From Dipteris shenzhenensis (lineage: Eukaryota), in assembly GCA_047967505.1 (NCBI GenBank), contig CM106538.1: a stretch of 64,000 nucleotides of DNA; one strand, 5' to 3'. Within the stretch, counting starts at the first letter, position 1. Every line of letters starts with the position of its first letter. This document shows, one piece after another, positions 41,390-56,000 of the stretch. The position numbers and the translations under genes were made by a program. The notes beneath the pieces were generated by a model, which was not told where the DNA came from, did no database searches, and was given only the letters and a program-made list of their open reading frames with translations.

Positions 41390-42400
41390 ATCAAGAGTGG
41401 AAAGGGGCCTTATTTGGATTGGAACACTCCAAATCCCCAGGTGGGATGGCCTCACAGCGGAAATTTTTGTTGAATTTTGGGATGAGATCAGTCCCATCTT
41501 ATTGTACATGATTAATGATGCTTGGCTCTCAGTCTATGCCTACTTCTTGGAAAAAGGGTTTGCTGCGTCTGATTCCCAAGAAGCCTCTCTGCAAATATTT
41601 GTCCAATTGGCACCCCATTACTTTGATGCTTGTCATTTACAAACTCATTTCTAAAATGCTGGTAATGCGTATAACAGATATTTTATACATAGGCTTACAT
41701 CCTGCGCAATATGGATTTGTGCCTCGTAGACAGATTATGCATAACATTGCAAATGCTTATGTTGATATAGAATATGCTAAGTATAATCAGGATGTCTTGA
41801 TCATGCAGATTGACATTGAAAAAGCCTTCGATACTATGAGATGAGACTTTATTGCTAATGTCATGCAGTGGTTAGGTTTTGGACCAAAGATGCAAAGTGG
41901 TTTATTGGCTGTATGAGGGCGGCATTCATCTTGTCTTTTATCTGATGCACTCTCTTCTCCATGGACATTGGGACGCTGAGCTCGTCAGGACTGCCCCCTC
42001 ATTGTTTTGCTTTTCCCATTGCCACTTATCCACTTTTGATGTATACGGAAGTTTTGGTGTCACACCAGCATCTGTATGGTATTCAATATCCCAAAGGTGC
42101 TCCATTTGTCTGTTAGGCCTATGCGGACGACTCCTTTCACAGTAATTCTGCATCTTATGCAAGCTCGACTTGTTTGGACATGCGGCTGGGTTAAGAGTGA
42201 ATTTTGCAAAGTCCAAACTCCTGCCGTTGCATGACCGTGATTGGCATCACATTTTATGGCCTGGGCTTGTATTGCCCTCTGATCAGAATGTGCATCCTTA
42301 GGATACCCCATTGGTTGGCACATTTCATTACCACAGGAAAGACTTTGGGTATTACAATTTTATGCAAGTCGATGAAGCACTCATATGATGGGTGGGTCTA
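41390..42400 (+). mobile_element. LINE reverse-transcriptase fragment
   Basis: WHPITLM..YKLISK, LHPAQYGFVPRRQI, QIDIEKAFD, RQDCP, AYADDS, GLRVNFAKS. Confidence 0.85.
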
Positions 42401-45294
42401 GGTTGGCAATGGGTCATTGAGAGGGTGAGCCCCCAAATGAGGAGGACCATGAGCAAAAGAACTAGAATCTTTTAAAGATGTAAAGGTTGTGGAATGTCGT
42501 AAGTTTTCTATGAGGCATTGTTAACCATTCTCAATACTTCCGAGAATTGGTGAGCTTGCTCACAAACTAGTTCTACTTTTCATGCTAGCTGGTTAAAGAA
42601 AGAAATAATAAAATTGAATTTTAGGTGAAAGGAAGAGGTTTTGATATATTTGATTGAATTGTTGGCTCTTCCGCACAGATCGAAAAGAGTTCTTGCTAGC
42701 TCTACTTTTCATGCTAGCTGGTTAAAGAAACAAATACTTGAAATTGAGTTTTTGGTAAAGGAAGAGGTTTTGATATATTTGATTGAATCATTGGCTCATG
42801 GATCGAAAATAATTCTTGATATAAAAGAAAAGTGTATCAGCAATTCAATAATATTTGTTAAGTGGAAGGATGGTTCAAAAGGGAGCACTATTTGGGACAG
42901 TAAGCAAGCTTATGAAAAGGTTTCTAGGTAGTGTTTCCAAGAACATCAACAAATTTTAATGAAAAGAGAATGTTTCATCACCTATAATGGCGATTAGGGT
43001 GGCTTACACCACTGAGAAGGTTATTATGCTCTACTGAGGGTTGTCACGCCTTGGAATTGGGGATAAGAGCTGTGAATCATGGGCTAAAACCACTGGAAAT
43101 GGAGGCTATGGATTTTAGGTGATCACTAGAAGTTAACGAGGGGGTACCTCTGTAAAAGGACCCTAGGGGGTGAATATGCTAGAAATTTCAGGCATGTATC
43201 ACTCTTGAGTCTTGACCTTGATAGCGTGCTAGACATGGAGGGTCTTGCTCAGAGATAGCTTAACCTATGCAGAAGAAGACCAAAGGAAGAACTTTGAACC
43301 AAAGGGAAGTACTCAAGTTAATCCAAGTTCTGTATGCACAAATGTCTCCCCCAAGAAACTCGGATCTGAGCTATTGAGTAGTAATAAAGGACTGCAAGAT
43401 AACTCATGTATGTTTCACCAAAATGTAGGTCAACTCATAAGAAGTACCTCACAGAAGTAGTGCGCTTGGTAACTCCATTTGTAATGCACCAAAATGTCAA
43501 TCAACTCATACTACGGTACTTGATACAAGTGCTCAAGACCTGCAGCAGACCTGCTGCCAAAACACTGCAGTATGAAGCCTCGAATATAGCTCCCAAATCT
43601 TCTTCTCAGGATGTGTGCTCCCTTTGTGGAGTGTCGGTGGGTATTTGGCAAGGGCATGACTGCCCCTTTTTATAGATGGGGTGTGGGCAGATCTGTCCCC
43701 TACAGCCTGGCCGACCAGCCTGTAAAATCGGACTAGCCAGCCCTGTTCTTGGCCAACCCCGCACCGGACCGAAGGTTGATTGCCATGTGGCAGTCGCCTT
43801 GTTTGTGACCTATGACTGACTCCACTGACTCGGTTATATGGCTAGGCAGCAGTCTGCTGGCTGCCCCGTGACTGGCGCCTGTAAAACTTCTCAGCCGTGT
43901 GCCATTGTTTGGCCTCCATACTGGTCCATATCAAGGGCTCTTCTCCACTTCCCTCTGCTGGCCTTTGTCCCCAGCCCATATTCTTTATCAGATGCTTCAT
44001 TTTGCAGATTTGCTAGCCTCTTCATATGCAGAAATATCCACGCTTCTTGCAGCCCATCTAGTGCTCTCTTCTCAAGCAGCCTATGCAGTCCACATGGCAG
44101 CTCTACATGGTGCTTCTACCCGTCTTTGCATCCCATGTGTCAGCCCATATGCTGTTCACATGGCAACCCACATTCTCAGAACCCACTGACCTAATATGCA
44201 GGTGCCATGTCCCTTTGCTATCCTTATATGATGGCTTACAGGTAGGACATCGAACCTTCTAGTATCCTTTACCAAAACCATCAGATGGTTAGTGTCAAAT
44301 CTTCAGAGGCTGCCCAAGAGCAAATTGCAAGTTCGGAAGCTCGCAGACGGTTTGCAGGTGAGAGATTGCGATTTGCAACCTGAAGGGTGATAGTCAGTCG
44401 TTTGCAGAGAGCAAGTGTGATTTGCAGACATGAATGCAGAGGCAATAGTTATCTGCCGATTGTCATGCACACAGGTGCACTTTCTGCATGCTCTGGTGAT
44501 TGCAATTTACATACACGAATGTTCATAGATTGACAATGCAGGCTGGCCTAGTTTGGAACTTGTGCATTTTTCTGGTAGCCAAGCTAAATTTATCTGTCTT
44601 GCTTTTTCAGCTTAAATTTAATTGTCTGGCTTTTCCCGCTTAAAAGAGGGCTCTAGTCGGTGCAATTTTCATCAGGGAGCTCATCAGCATATCTTGCTCA
44701 TCCTAGCTCTTGTTCCTGTCGGCTAGCCTGCTGCTTACCTCGATTTGCTTCCCTTGCAGATAATCGATCCTCTCTTTCTCAAATCACAAGTCCCAGAGCA
44801 TCGACTTTCTGTTCTCTACTTCAGGAATTGCAAGCTAGCTCTAGCTTAAAGTTCCTACCATGTATCCTTCAAACACTAACTACTACTCAATCGACTCTTG
44901 CGATGGCTGCCTAGTAGTATTTCAGCTGGAGTTAGTGTTCCACTCCTGTTATGCCCAGTGGTGGTTGAACCCAACTTTACGAGTGGGATCCTTATCTCAC
45001 AGAAGATTCTTGTATCAAGCTATTCAGAGTTGCATACGGAATTTTAGAATCAAGCGTCAATGATACAAGTAGAATCAGCTTTCTACCATTATGACTTCAC
45101 TCATCCAGCTTTTGAGTTGGCATTATACGTCAGGAAAAAGAAGGAAAAACAAGTGTATGTTGATGCCTGGCTAGCTTTCCCAAAGAATTGGCGTCTTTCA
45201 CAGGTATAGTTGCACTCAAAAGGCAAGGCATATATTTGTTGGTTAGACTCAAATTCGAAGCCTGTGATTTGGGTCGAGTTCACAAAAGTAGTGA

Positions 45295-45630
45295 GGTGAC
45301 ACTTCTATCTGTGAATGCTTTTGAAAATTATTAAAAGCTTTACAATATAAAGATGACAAAAGGATCGATAGGTGACACTTCTATCTGTGAATGCTTTTGA
45401 AAATTATTAAAAGCTTTACAATATAAAGATGACAAAAGGATCGATAATTATGTCCAGGAAATTGAGGACTAGAGGAACAACCAAACAAAGATGACAAAAG
45501 GATCGATAGATGACACTTCTATCTGTGAACGTTTTCGAAAATTATTAAAAGCTTTACAATTTATTATAAAGATGACAAAAGGATCGATAATTATGTCCAG
45601 GAAATTGAGGACTAGAGGAACAACCAAACA
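45295..45630. repeat. Compound tandem duplication (~76-bp unit x3 plus ~40-bp unit x2)
   Basis: TGACACTTCTATCTGTGAA..AAAGATGACAAAAGGATCGATA is repeated. Confidence 0.9.
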
Positions 45631-46499
45631 TGTTTTTTCGTAGATTACTGCAAGAATATTTGTTGAAAGTGCTTTGAAATTACGTTAGTACACTTATATG
45701 TTATGCTAAGATCTATGATGACACTATCACAGCCATGGATAATAATAAAGGGGAGGACTCGTGATTCTTTGAAAACAACCTTCATATTATTGCATGCTCC
45801 TACTGCTGCTGCTTTCACTTTATGATATTGAATTGTCAGAAAGTGGAGGAATCAAAGAGGACACAAGCACTAAAGAATAGCTTATGCTACGAGTACATGC
45901 AACCTGGGCATTTTGCTTGTGATTACTGTCCCAACTTTATGAGCAATCCATCAAAAAGCAAAGTTTTGTAAGTTCATGTAAAAACAAATCACTTTTATTT
46001 GAATATTGCATTCAAATGGTAGTGATTGCAATTGATCCAAGTTTAGCACTTTGTTTTTGGACCTCATGATTTAATTCACGTATCCGGATCTATTAGAGGA
46101 AAACTTGTGCCTGTTTGGCAAGGGGTCAACTCATGATTTCATTGATTCTTGTTTGGTGCATAAGCTCTAGATTCCAACTAAAGCACGTGACACTCGTATG
46201 TGGTTCTTTGACGCTATTGTTTTAAATGTTGAATTCAAATTAAGAATTATAGTGAAGTTTGTAAGTTACCTCTAATGAACTTGGATAAATCTGATGTAAT
46301 TTTTTAAAATGGGACCTTGTGTATCATTTGTTTTTTATAATTGCCCTTTTGCAATACCGTTGATAATGACAGTCAAGACTACAACGTTGAATGTTAACAT
46401 TGATCGTTGAACTGAATAATAAATTCACCTTTGAAACTTTAATAGTACAATTAATTAAATAGGACTTTTAGGACATATAACTCGAGGGATTACCATATG

Positions 46500-49450
46500 A
46501 TCCCCCACTACACAGTGTTATGGATCATGGTATTGATTACTCTTTGGCAATTAACTTGTCTTCCAACAAATTTTCAGGTTTAACAAAGCAGAGGATGATG
46601 AGGTCGCTAAACAATACTAGGGATATCTCAACATCCATTGTTAAGATATTTTGAAAATGAATGCTTGTACCAAACTAGAGGTAACAAGAGTGGAAGTGTC
46701 TAATTCTTTGTCAAGATGAAGGATATATTTTCCTACACCAGTAAAGATTGAGTCCTCTTTTCATCTTATTTTAAAGTCTCCAACTAATTTGAATGTAGAG
46801 GCATGTTAATTAATTAGTGTATCGCCCCCCCCCCCCCATTCATTCACAATTATTCATTCAGCATTGCGCGGGAAGTTTGCGTTGTGCCTCTCCCTCACTG
46901 CGCATTTGCCTCTCCTACCTTTGCCTCTACTCCCCTCTGGCCTCTCCATCACTGGGCTTGCTCGTCTGTCCTGCCCTCCCTTGCTGAGCCTCAGACTCTC
47001 CATCCTTTCCATCACTCCTTGCCCTTGCCTCACCTCCCTCTTATATCTGTTCAAGGTGGTCAAGACTTTTTGGATTTGGAAATCCTCGAACCTTCTCGAA
47101 TCTGTCGATTAATGTGTCAAATCACTTACCTTGTGGGGGGGCCAAATCTTCTCTTTATGGCATTTGTTTGCCTTTCCTTTATGAAGGCTTTGGTCTTCTA
47201 TTCTTTGTTTACCAGAGGGAGAGAGTCGAGTTGTTTTTGTCCGTCAAGTTGGGTTTTCGACAACTCTAATTTTGTCTTATTAATGAGCATCTAATCATGT
47301 ATATCATTTTGAAGCTAATCTAATGATTTCTAGACATCATTATACTACCTAATCATTGCATCAAATTTGGCTACTACTTTAAGCTTTTTAATAATACCTT
47401 GATCAAGGATTTGATTTTACTTCACACCGTTTTTTGTTGTTGCATCATTTACACTAGTCTTATCAATTGCATGTATTGCACTAATTACACTTTGTGCAAG
47501 GTTTATTATTCATTAGTATTGCAAAATCACATGATGGCATCATCTTCTTAGCTAAATTTTAAAAGATTGTCTTCCACTTAGAGAAATTGTATAATCATAA
47601 AAGGGAGAAAAGAGTAGTACCAACTACATCTTGCAAAGTAGATAAAGTCAAGGCGCAATAGGCAAAGGTCTCTTCATTATTTGTGCTATATTCCAATGAA
47701 GAACCTTTGGTGAATAAATTTGCTTTACATTTTTCAACCCTTCCAACTTAATGAAACTTTATTTTATCTATACAACTATTGGCCTCCTTTTTATACAATA
47801 TTTTCTTAAGTTGACGACATCTTCTCACCTATGTAGTACCTATAGAGACACAAATGATAGTTTTGTTGACATTATTTGTTCGTCTCATCTAGAATTTTAG
47901 TAGAAGATGATTCACTAAAGGCTTACATCTATGAAAGCTTTTTCTATAGTAATATTTTGTAGGATTGCAGGACTTCTGCTCACCAAATAAATTCTTGCTA
48001 TACGTGTTTCAAAACTTAATAACACCCTGCAACGTTCTTTTCATCCAACATGCATCTAACAGATTTTGCAACAACTTAATTATTTTTTTCTAATGCTCCA
48101 CTCTGTTCCAAAGTGTCTCTACAAAGCTATCATTTGATTCCATGAAACCTAGATAGTTCATTTAGGTCAACTAATTTGCATTCTCTTCCATTGCCACATT
48201 TTGCTTTTGCTTTGCTTTTATACAAAAGCTTGGAACTCTTGAAAAGCACTTATTACATTTTTAAAAATCAAACCAAGTCTTTTGGAAAATGTCATTATAG
48301 AAAAAGGCATTATTCATTGATTTGATTGAGGTATAATTCTAAATCTAGAATGAATCATCTGAAGTATATATGTATCCTAAACTAACAATGTTACTTACGC
48401 ATTCAATCAAAATTCACAAACATTGCTGTAGATATAAACTCATTGAAGAGCTTGAACCACAGTGGATCTCTTCAACAAGACCAAAGTTTTAAAATTTTGG
48501 ATGAACAAATATCATATGCCACAAAATCCTACATATGCATCCTAATTTGGTAATCAGTGATGAGTGCTCTTTGGATAGCACTACTCGAAGTTCAATTGAA
48601 CATGGTGCCGATCTTTTCTCCTTTTGCAATGATAGTATTTAAATCATTAAAATCTCTAGTTGTACGACCAATTTGATGAATATGAGCTCCATATTATTTT
48701 CGTCACGTGCTAAAGTGAAAGAAGATTTTGTGCAAGAGTTGGAGTTGAAAATGCATCAACAATACCACTTGCAATATCGGTTTCCAAGCATTGTGTGTTG
48801 TCCATTTAGAATATTCCTTTGTCTCTTTTTGCATTCAATTTTCCACTATCCACATAATTGAATATCTTGTGTTACTGTTTTGAGTTATTATGCTAGTGAT
48901 ATGTGCTCAATTTACTCTAGCTGCTTGAATCTTGATGATAGTGACCTAAAAAAGATGTTGAAGATTGATATTTGTGACGATTTGTACTATGAGAACAATT
49001 ACCTTTGGCTTCTTTATATTTATTTCTACATGTGTTGATTTTGGCATGTACCTCTTGTGATCTTGTTTCCTCCAGTGGAGAAGGAACATCTATAGGCATT
49101 TGAGAACTTGAGTAGTAATACTAGTTGGCATTGTGTATTGAACTTATCTATATGGTTAATATGACTATGAATTGGCATCTATACCAATGTGGGCTAACCA
49201 TAATAATTAGTTGTTTCATCCATAATCACATCTATGGCTAATGTGATTGTGAGTTGGCATCTATACCAGTATGGGCTGACTATAGTCATCCATAATCACA
49301 TTGCTAATTATTAGCTATCTTTTGATAGGAGCCCAAAGATGGTATTCTTTTTGTTCATCACTATAGAAGTGAGTACACATTTCTAAGATTTGGAATCGAG
49401 CTTCTTTCTCAAAATTTTATGATGATTTATCCTAGGATTTCTTCCAATGA
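46500..49450 (-). mobile_element. Heavily decayed Ty1/copia remnant(s)
   Basis: Minus-strand KKLDSKS.KC, GKLNAKRDKGIF and EQSGALE..VRCML integrase-like motifs; PPT-like AGTGGGGGA at about 46501-46509. Confidence 0.5.
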
Positions 49451-49899
49451 GTTTTTGCAGTAGTCATGTTATTCAAATAGCAGTACAATTCCTAATTGTG
49501 AGAAAAACATTGTAACAAACAGTTGTATTAGGTAGCTATAGAAGACCGATGCATCTATGAGACTAGAAAAACCTGATACAAATCCAGCTAGAGGGGTGGA
49601 GCTACTAACCAAGCATCCACACCCATACAAAAATAGAAAACTGTATCACACATAGTCATATCAAACTTTAATAGTAATCATCTACAGCAAAACCATCCTC
49701 CACTACCATCATAAGATAGAATGAAGTGTGCTCCAGGACAGTGTGGCCTCTCCCCTTGTCAACAGTGAGGGAGTGATAGCATGAAATCAGATATGGAGTG
49801 CTGGCTGCCCCTAGTGGCTGTAGCCCTACGCTATCTCCTGGTCATAACTCTCCTTGTTCTTTGCACAAAATACCACATAGTCCACAGAGATAAGCAGTA

Positions 49900-50425
49900 G
49901 CAAAGCATACCCTGCAATCTGAACACCTTCCTTGCTGTGTCCTCTCTTCCAACCCCTCCAAATCATCAATAAAGAGATCAAACAGTGTTGGTGAGAGGGG
50001 GCAACCTTGCTGAACCCCTAAATCACTATTTATTACAGCTTTTCTTGTGGAGGAAGATCCATCTACTAGTGGCTATACTAGCTGTACTAGAACCTTCTCA
50101 TAGAGACGATACGTGGCTTCTCTAAGTTCTCGAGGGACTTTAATCTTTTCCAATCTTTTCCATAACTTCCTCCGTGGGACTTTATCAAAGGCTTTCTTGA
50201 AGCCTACAAAACAACATCAGACAACCTCTTTCTTATGCTTGACTCCTTGGCAACCAAATGATCAACCGTTGATTGTTTGGGGAGGAACCTTGCTTGGGAT
50301 GTGCCCTGACTCCTTGTTCCTCAGCCCAACTACTGATGTTTCGCTCAAGTATAGTGCCATAAAGCTTTGCCATTAGGCTGCTCATGGTGATTGTTCGATC
50401 ACGTTTGATGCCATGCAACTTCAGA

Positions 50426-50466
<41 letters not shown>

Positions 50467-52400
50467 CAAAGATATGATATGATATGATATGGTATGATTG
50501 TATTAAAGTCCACGCGAGACCCTTCATGATCTATGGGATGGGCGGTCACTATCAACTAATAGTGGTCCCTTACATCTAGTTGAGATTAATATATTACAAA
50601 TTGTTACGGAGTGTACCTATTGGGCTACCTCATGTGCTAGTCCCACTACCTTGTTCCAAAATCTCTTCAAGTACCTTCCGAGCTGTTTGGCTAGTTGTTC
50701 CAGCAAATTTTTCAAATTATCTTTGCTGACCTCATAATGTTCTCTATTGTGTGTGTAGGCTCTACATCTTAGGAATACATGCTTCTAATTTTCTGTCTCT
50801 TGTGGGGCATATTTTGCAGGTTCTTTCGTCTCTAGGGATCTTGGGTCTTACCCGCCTATGCCTCTCTATCTCAAGACATGTTAACTAGTTCTGCTTTTAT
50901 GGATTGGATGCCTTTTACATACTGACATGTCTTTCCCGAGGTATTTCTGCATTCCGTAGCTGTCCATTGAGTTGATTTCCTGTTTACAGAATTGTGTTTT
51001 CGTCCCTGGGTTTTGCCATAGTTTTTGTAGCATTTTCTGCATCACAATTTCCCTTATTTCACATGCATCTTTTGGGATATCAACGGCTGTTATACCCCAT
51101 GATTCCATCCAATTCATTTCCTCTCTGTGCTAGCCCAGGATTCGCAAAGCTTCCATTGCCTTGTGTGGGTATCCTACCAGCATCCATCTTCTCAACTTTA
51201 TTGAGGTAAGCCATGAATTGACATAAAGCTTCCCCTTCTAAAGATACCATACATGTTTCAACCCATAGGATGGGGTAGGGTGTTTGTGCCTTAACCCCCA
51301 AGTCCCCTATCAGGAAACGTTTGTGCAAAGTTTCTATTCTTACACAGTATATCCTAGAGAGTCCGAGTGCCCAAGCTGGGAGGTAAGCCATGAATTGACA
51401 TAAAGCTTGCCCTTCTAAAGGTATCATACATGTTTCAAACCATAGGATGGGGTAGGGTGTTTGTGCCTTAACCCCTAAGTCCTCTATCAGGAAACGTTTG
51501 TGCAAAGTTTCTATTCTTACTGTTTACACAGTATATCCTAGAGAGCCCGAGTGCCCAAGCTGGGCATCAATAAAGAATTATTGTATGTACAAGCATGGTG
51601 TACATAAATTTTTTCATTTCCCAAATCCACAAATGCGCCTTCCTGCATTTATTTTGGAGGCTATGTAAAGCTTTTAAACCTCCCAGAATCCTCCTTTCCA
51701 CGCATGCATTCCACCTTTAGTTGTCTGTGAAATCCAACCCTAGATATTTCTATGTATTGACTATGTCCAAGGGTTCCCCTTCAAATGTGACATCCACTTG
51801 TTTATTATGTGTCCCAATCACCATTACCTTTGCCTTGTCTATATTGACCTGCATTCCCGAGTGTTTGAAGAATTCCTTCAGTACATCTAAATGTGCTTGT
51901 AGAATGTCCTTTTTTGTGAAGAGTACCACATCATCTGCATAAATAAGCATTAGCAAAGCTTATCCTGCAATCCGAACACCTTCCCTACAGTGCATTCTCA
52001 CCCACTCTTCCAAATCCTCAATAAAAAGACCAAAAAGTGTTGGTGAGAGGGGGCAACCTTGCTTAACTCCTATGTCACTCCTTTTTATAGCTTTCCCATC
52101 GGAGCATGATCCATCTATTAGCCACTATGCTAACTCAGCCAAAACCTTCTCATAGAGTCAATATGTGGCTTCTCTCTAAGTTCTTGAGGGACTTCAAGGT
52201 TTTTCAATCTTTCCCATATTTTCTTATGTGGCACTATGTCAAAGGCTTTGGCTCCTTCCGTTCTAGCCCTTATGGCAACCATTGTTGAGTGCTTGGGGCA
52301 AAATCCTGGTTCCTCTACCCACTTGCTGGATTTTTGCTCAAGGATAGTGCCATATAACTTTGCCATTAGGATGCTGACCATGATTGTCCGATAATTCTTT
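49900..52400 (-). mobile_element. Two degenerate non-LTR (LINE) RT segments, one with an internal ~175-bp tandem duplication
   Basis: KAFD.VP, GVKQGCPLSPTLF, LIYADDVVLF, MQVNIDKAKVM and YLGLDF. The segment 51203-51378 is duplicated at about 51380-51562. Confidence 0.85.
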
Positions 52401-53006
52401 GCTAACCTGCATATTGATTAACTCAGTCAACGTGGACATCACTTGAGGTGTCGGGATGGAAATGCATTCTGGGATCACTTAATGGATCCCTTCTTTTCTG
52501 GCTATATCATCTGTCTCTTCCATTTTCTAAATTGATTTGTTGCAGATGTGTTTTGAGCTTTACAATGTCCTGCTGTAGTGGAAAAATGTGTTTCTTGCAT
52601 ATCATGTAGACTTACATTGTGCCAGGGACTGAGCAACTTGGGGGCCGTCACTGCTGCAGTTGACTTGTGCATACTGTCAATCTGTTTGTGTAAACTGTCA
52701 ATGTGGGTTTGGCCTTTGGCATTGAGGATGACTTGGAGGCTGCCCAGGTCTGCATGATGTCTTACTGCCTCCAATATCTGACTTCTTCCCCCTGTTTTTG
52801 TGGGCCCAGGGGGAGCTGATCTACTGGTTGAACTAGAAGTGAGTCAAAGGCGAATAATGTTGGAGGTAAGGGCAAAACGAGGGACTCGCAAGCTGAGCGG
52901 AAACTCAGTGAAGAAATGGGCTGCAGCGGAGAGGATAGATGGGGCCTTAACAAAGAGGTCTGCGATAGAGAGACAACAGCACCATAAACAATTGCCAACC
53001 ATATAG

Positions 53007-56000
53007 TGTCATGTGCACGGATTGGTATCTGACGTGTACTAGGTACACAGGACTAGCTCAGGTAGCCTGGGGAGGCTTAGAGCTAGGCAGGCTTGATTCT
53101 CGGGTTGAGTGGCAAGGGTACGAACTATTTATAGGTCTTCGCTATTTTTGGCTGCTAGGTCTGATCCTGGATTGAGTCGCGGACGTGGGCCTGCATCTTA
53201 GCATAGCCCAAGGCCCAGTGACAGATCCAGGGCTTCACAGCCCCACCTGGTGGTATGGGACACCAGGCTGGTTTGGATCTGATTGGGAGTTCGTGCCAGT
53301 AGCCCAGCTCGTGGCTCGGAGGGGACATCTCCTGATTCGGGATCACATCCCGTAGATGTCATGGTTGGGTGGTGAGCAGCCTGCTCAGTTTCTCACGTGG
53401 TGTGTGTTTGTTTGCAGATCAGAGGTTTCAGGAGTGCGGGGATGTGTCAGTTGGTATCAGAGCCAGCTCCTGAGGTAGGAATTTATGATGCGAAAATTTT
53501 TGACGATTTCTTCCTCCAAGTATGCCCTAAAATTCGAAATTTGCTGCTGCAAATTTTGCTTGGTTCTTGGGTTATCAGGGGTGGACAGGATGTAGGGAAA
53601 AGGTAGGAGAAAGAGAGAGTCTAGATTTCGAAATTCCTGAAGGATTACTGTGAGAAAGGGATGCGTGTAGCAGGGAGAGAGCAGAGAAGAAGGAAGGAGA
53701 GGTGATAGGGTAGCTGAGTTGCAGGCAAGCAGATAGTGACTGACGGGGCTGCGGTGGAGGCTGTGTTGGTGCGATGGCTGGTAGGATTTTTGGCCAGGGC
53801 AAGGGAAAGGTGCAAGGAGTAGGAACAGGGTGCGGCCACCCTGCGAGAGGTGTTGCTTTTTTCGAAAAAGCACCACCCTCCAAAGCTGGGAGGGTGAGCC
53901 TTTTTTGGAAGCAGGGCTTCCTAATTAGGCTGCCCTGTTCCCTATATAGTTGGACAGGGTTCCAGCCCCAACCATAGCCTTGCAAGGAGCCCTCTCTGCC
54001 CTACGAAGTGATTGCGCCATCGAGATTCGTGACAGCCAGCGCCGGGCCGGCCGTACAGCCTGTGTCATCGGCCGTACAGCTTACATCAGCACCGTACTGC
54101 CTACGTCAGCCACCGTACGCACACGTCAGCGACTGTACGGACTGCGTCAGCATCCGTACGGCTGCTGACGCAGCCGTACGGATCGCATCAGCATCCGTAC
54201 AGCCACATCAGCCATCCGTACAGCTGCGTCACCTGTACGGTCAGCAGGAGGGTACCGTACGGTACGGATTGCTGCAGAATTCCGTACGCTGCAGCCTGCA
54301 TCGAGTTCAGCCAGACTCCGGGATTTTTGCGCCTCCGGTTCGCCAGTTTTCAGCATCTCCTTTCGTCAGCATCTCTTGGGACGGTTTTCCTCTGCTCCAT
54401 TCTCCTTTCCGCTTCGATTCACTCAGTTATTTCTCTCAGTTTATATTCAAATCAGATTTCAGTTATGTCTGATTCTGCAAATCCCGAGTTCACCATGGGA
54501 GAGCAGGATTTGGATTACACTCCTGTGGGAGAGGAGGATCAGGGTCTTTATGATGACCTGATTATGAAAAAGGCCTTCAGTGAATTCACCACTGCTCTGG
54601 ATGGTAAATTCGAGCAGGTTAATGCGAATCAAACGGGGTTGACACAGCAACTCCAAGGGATTCAAGCGACTCTCACTCTTCTGGCTAGCACCGTGTAGGC
54701 ACTCACGCATGTGGATGCCATGGCTTCAGTGCTAGGCCCGAACATAACTCCAGACCCTTTTCCGGGAGGTCAAAAGTCTCGAACGAAGGAGGTAGTTGAC
54801 ACTTGGTTACACAAGTGGCAGGTACACTTTCAGTTCCACCCGTACCCAGATGAGAAGAAAATCCAGCTTGCAGCCGGTTTCATGTCAAGTAAAGCGTTGC
54901 TATGGTGGAAGGAACTCCAGCCTAAGCCAGATACATGGACAGATTTCGAAGGGGTCTTCAGGAAGGAGTTCCTGAAGAAGGAGGACGATTATGATATCGT
55001 TGGCAAATTTAAAGCCCTCGATATGTCAAAGCTAAACTTGTCCTTTGAAGTTTATCTTCAAAGATTTCGGGATCTGCAAACCAAGGCCACAAAGATGGAT
55101 CCAGTGACCTTGTTAGGTTTCTTCGTGGATGGTTTGCCAGATTCATACAAGTTGCAAATAAAGAACAACAAATGCACAACGTTGCAAGAGGCCATGAATT
55201 ATGCGCGTATTTATGATGATACCATGGCCGGTGCAAAAGCAACTACAGTTTCCGACACGAGTGGAAAGAACAAACGCAAGTTCTTTCAGCCTACGACTGG
55301 TACTGGGGAGACGAAGTCTACGGACAACGCCTCCAAGAAAAACCTGACTCAAGCAAAGAATGGTCAAGCCCGTTTCCTTCCCACATTGAAGCTCAAGAAA
55401 GGACGTTGCTTCTATTGCGAGGAGTGGGGCCACACTAAGAATGAGTGTCAAAGCGCAAGAATCACAAGTTGGTGCTTGGATCGAAGCTCCAGGCGGGTAC
55501 AGGTACCAAAGCCAAGGGAGCGAACCAAGTCTCGATGACAGGTATTTCTGTAAATGTCATTACCTGCCCACTTTCTTATAATTGCACTTTCAATACTTCG
55601 TTGTTTGGTTCCCGTGATCTTTTCTGAGTTTATGGAGAAGTTATGGACCAACACGTTCACATTCTCTTTGATCCGAGCAGCTCTCACAACTTTGTTAATT
55701 ACAAATTTGTGCAGAAGATGGGGCTGTCCACAGTACCTAGTGATCACACCTATGAGGTGCAGCTTCCAGCTGAGAGAAGCAGTTTTGGGATCGCAAGGTT
55801 GAAGCGCTTCCTATCCAGATTCAAGCTTACACAGGCGCTCTTACATGTTATGTTATGCACCTAGAGCATGTAGACTTGTTGATCGGAATAGAGTGGTTTA
55901 AAACCCACAATATTCAGATTGGATGGACGGAGCATACACTTTCTTTTGTAGATAAGGACACCCAATTTTGTATTCAGTGTGATAAAATTCCCTCTTCTCA

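Larger units (their letters stand above)
34340..42970 (+). mobile_element. Old chromovirus (Ty3/gypsy) pol remnant broken up by nested insertions
   Basis: GIRMDP..VKAILQWP; FIKDYAK; VEVDASDFAVGAVLIQ; GRMAKWAELM.EFDF at about 38830; FFWPSM at about 39320; FHASWLKK and chromodomain FVKWKDG..TIWD at 42550-42930. Confidence 0.65.

Noticed and set aside
43000-45290. Possible solo LTR
   Set aside because: It has LTR-like composition and a candidate CA end near 45283, but I could not find a matching TG start and TSD.
52502-53006. Transit-peptide-like ORFs next to the gypsy 5' LTR
   Set aside because: Non-ATG starts, no domain motifs and no convincing splice structure.
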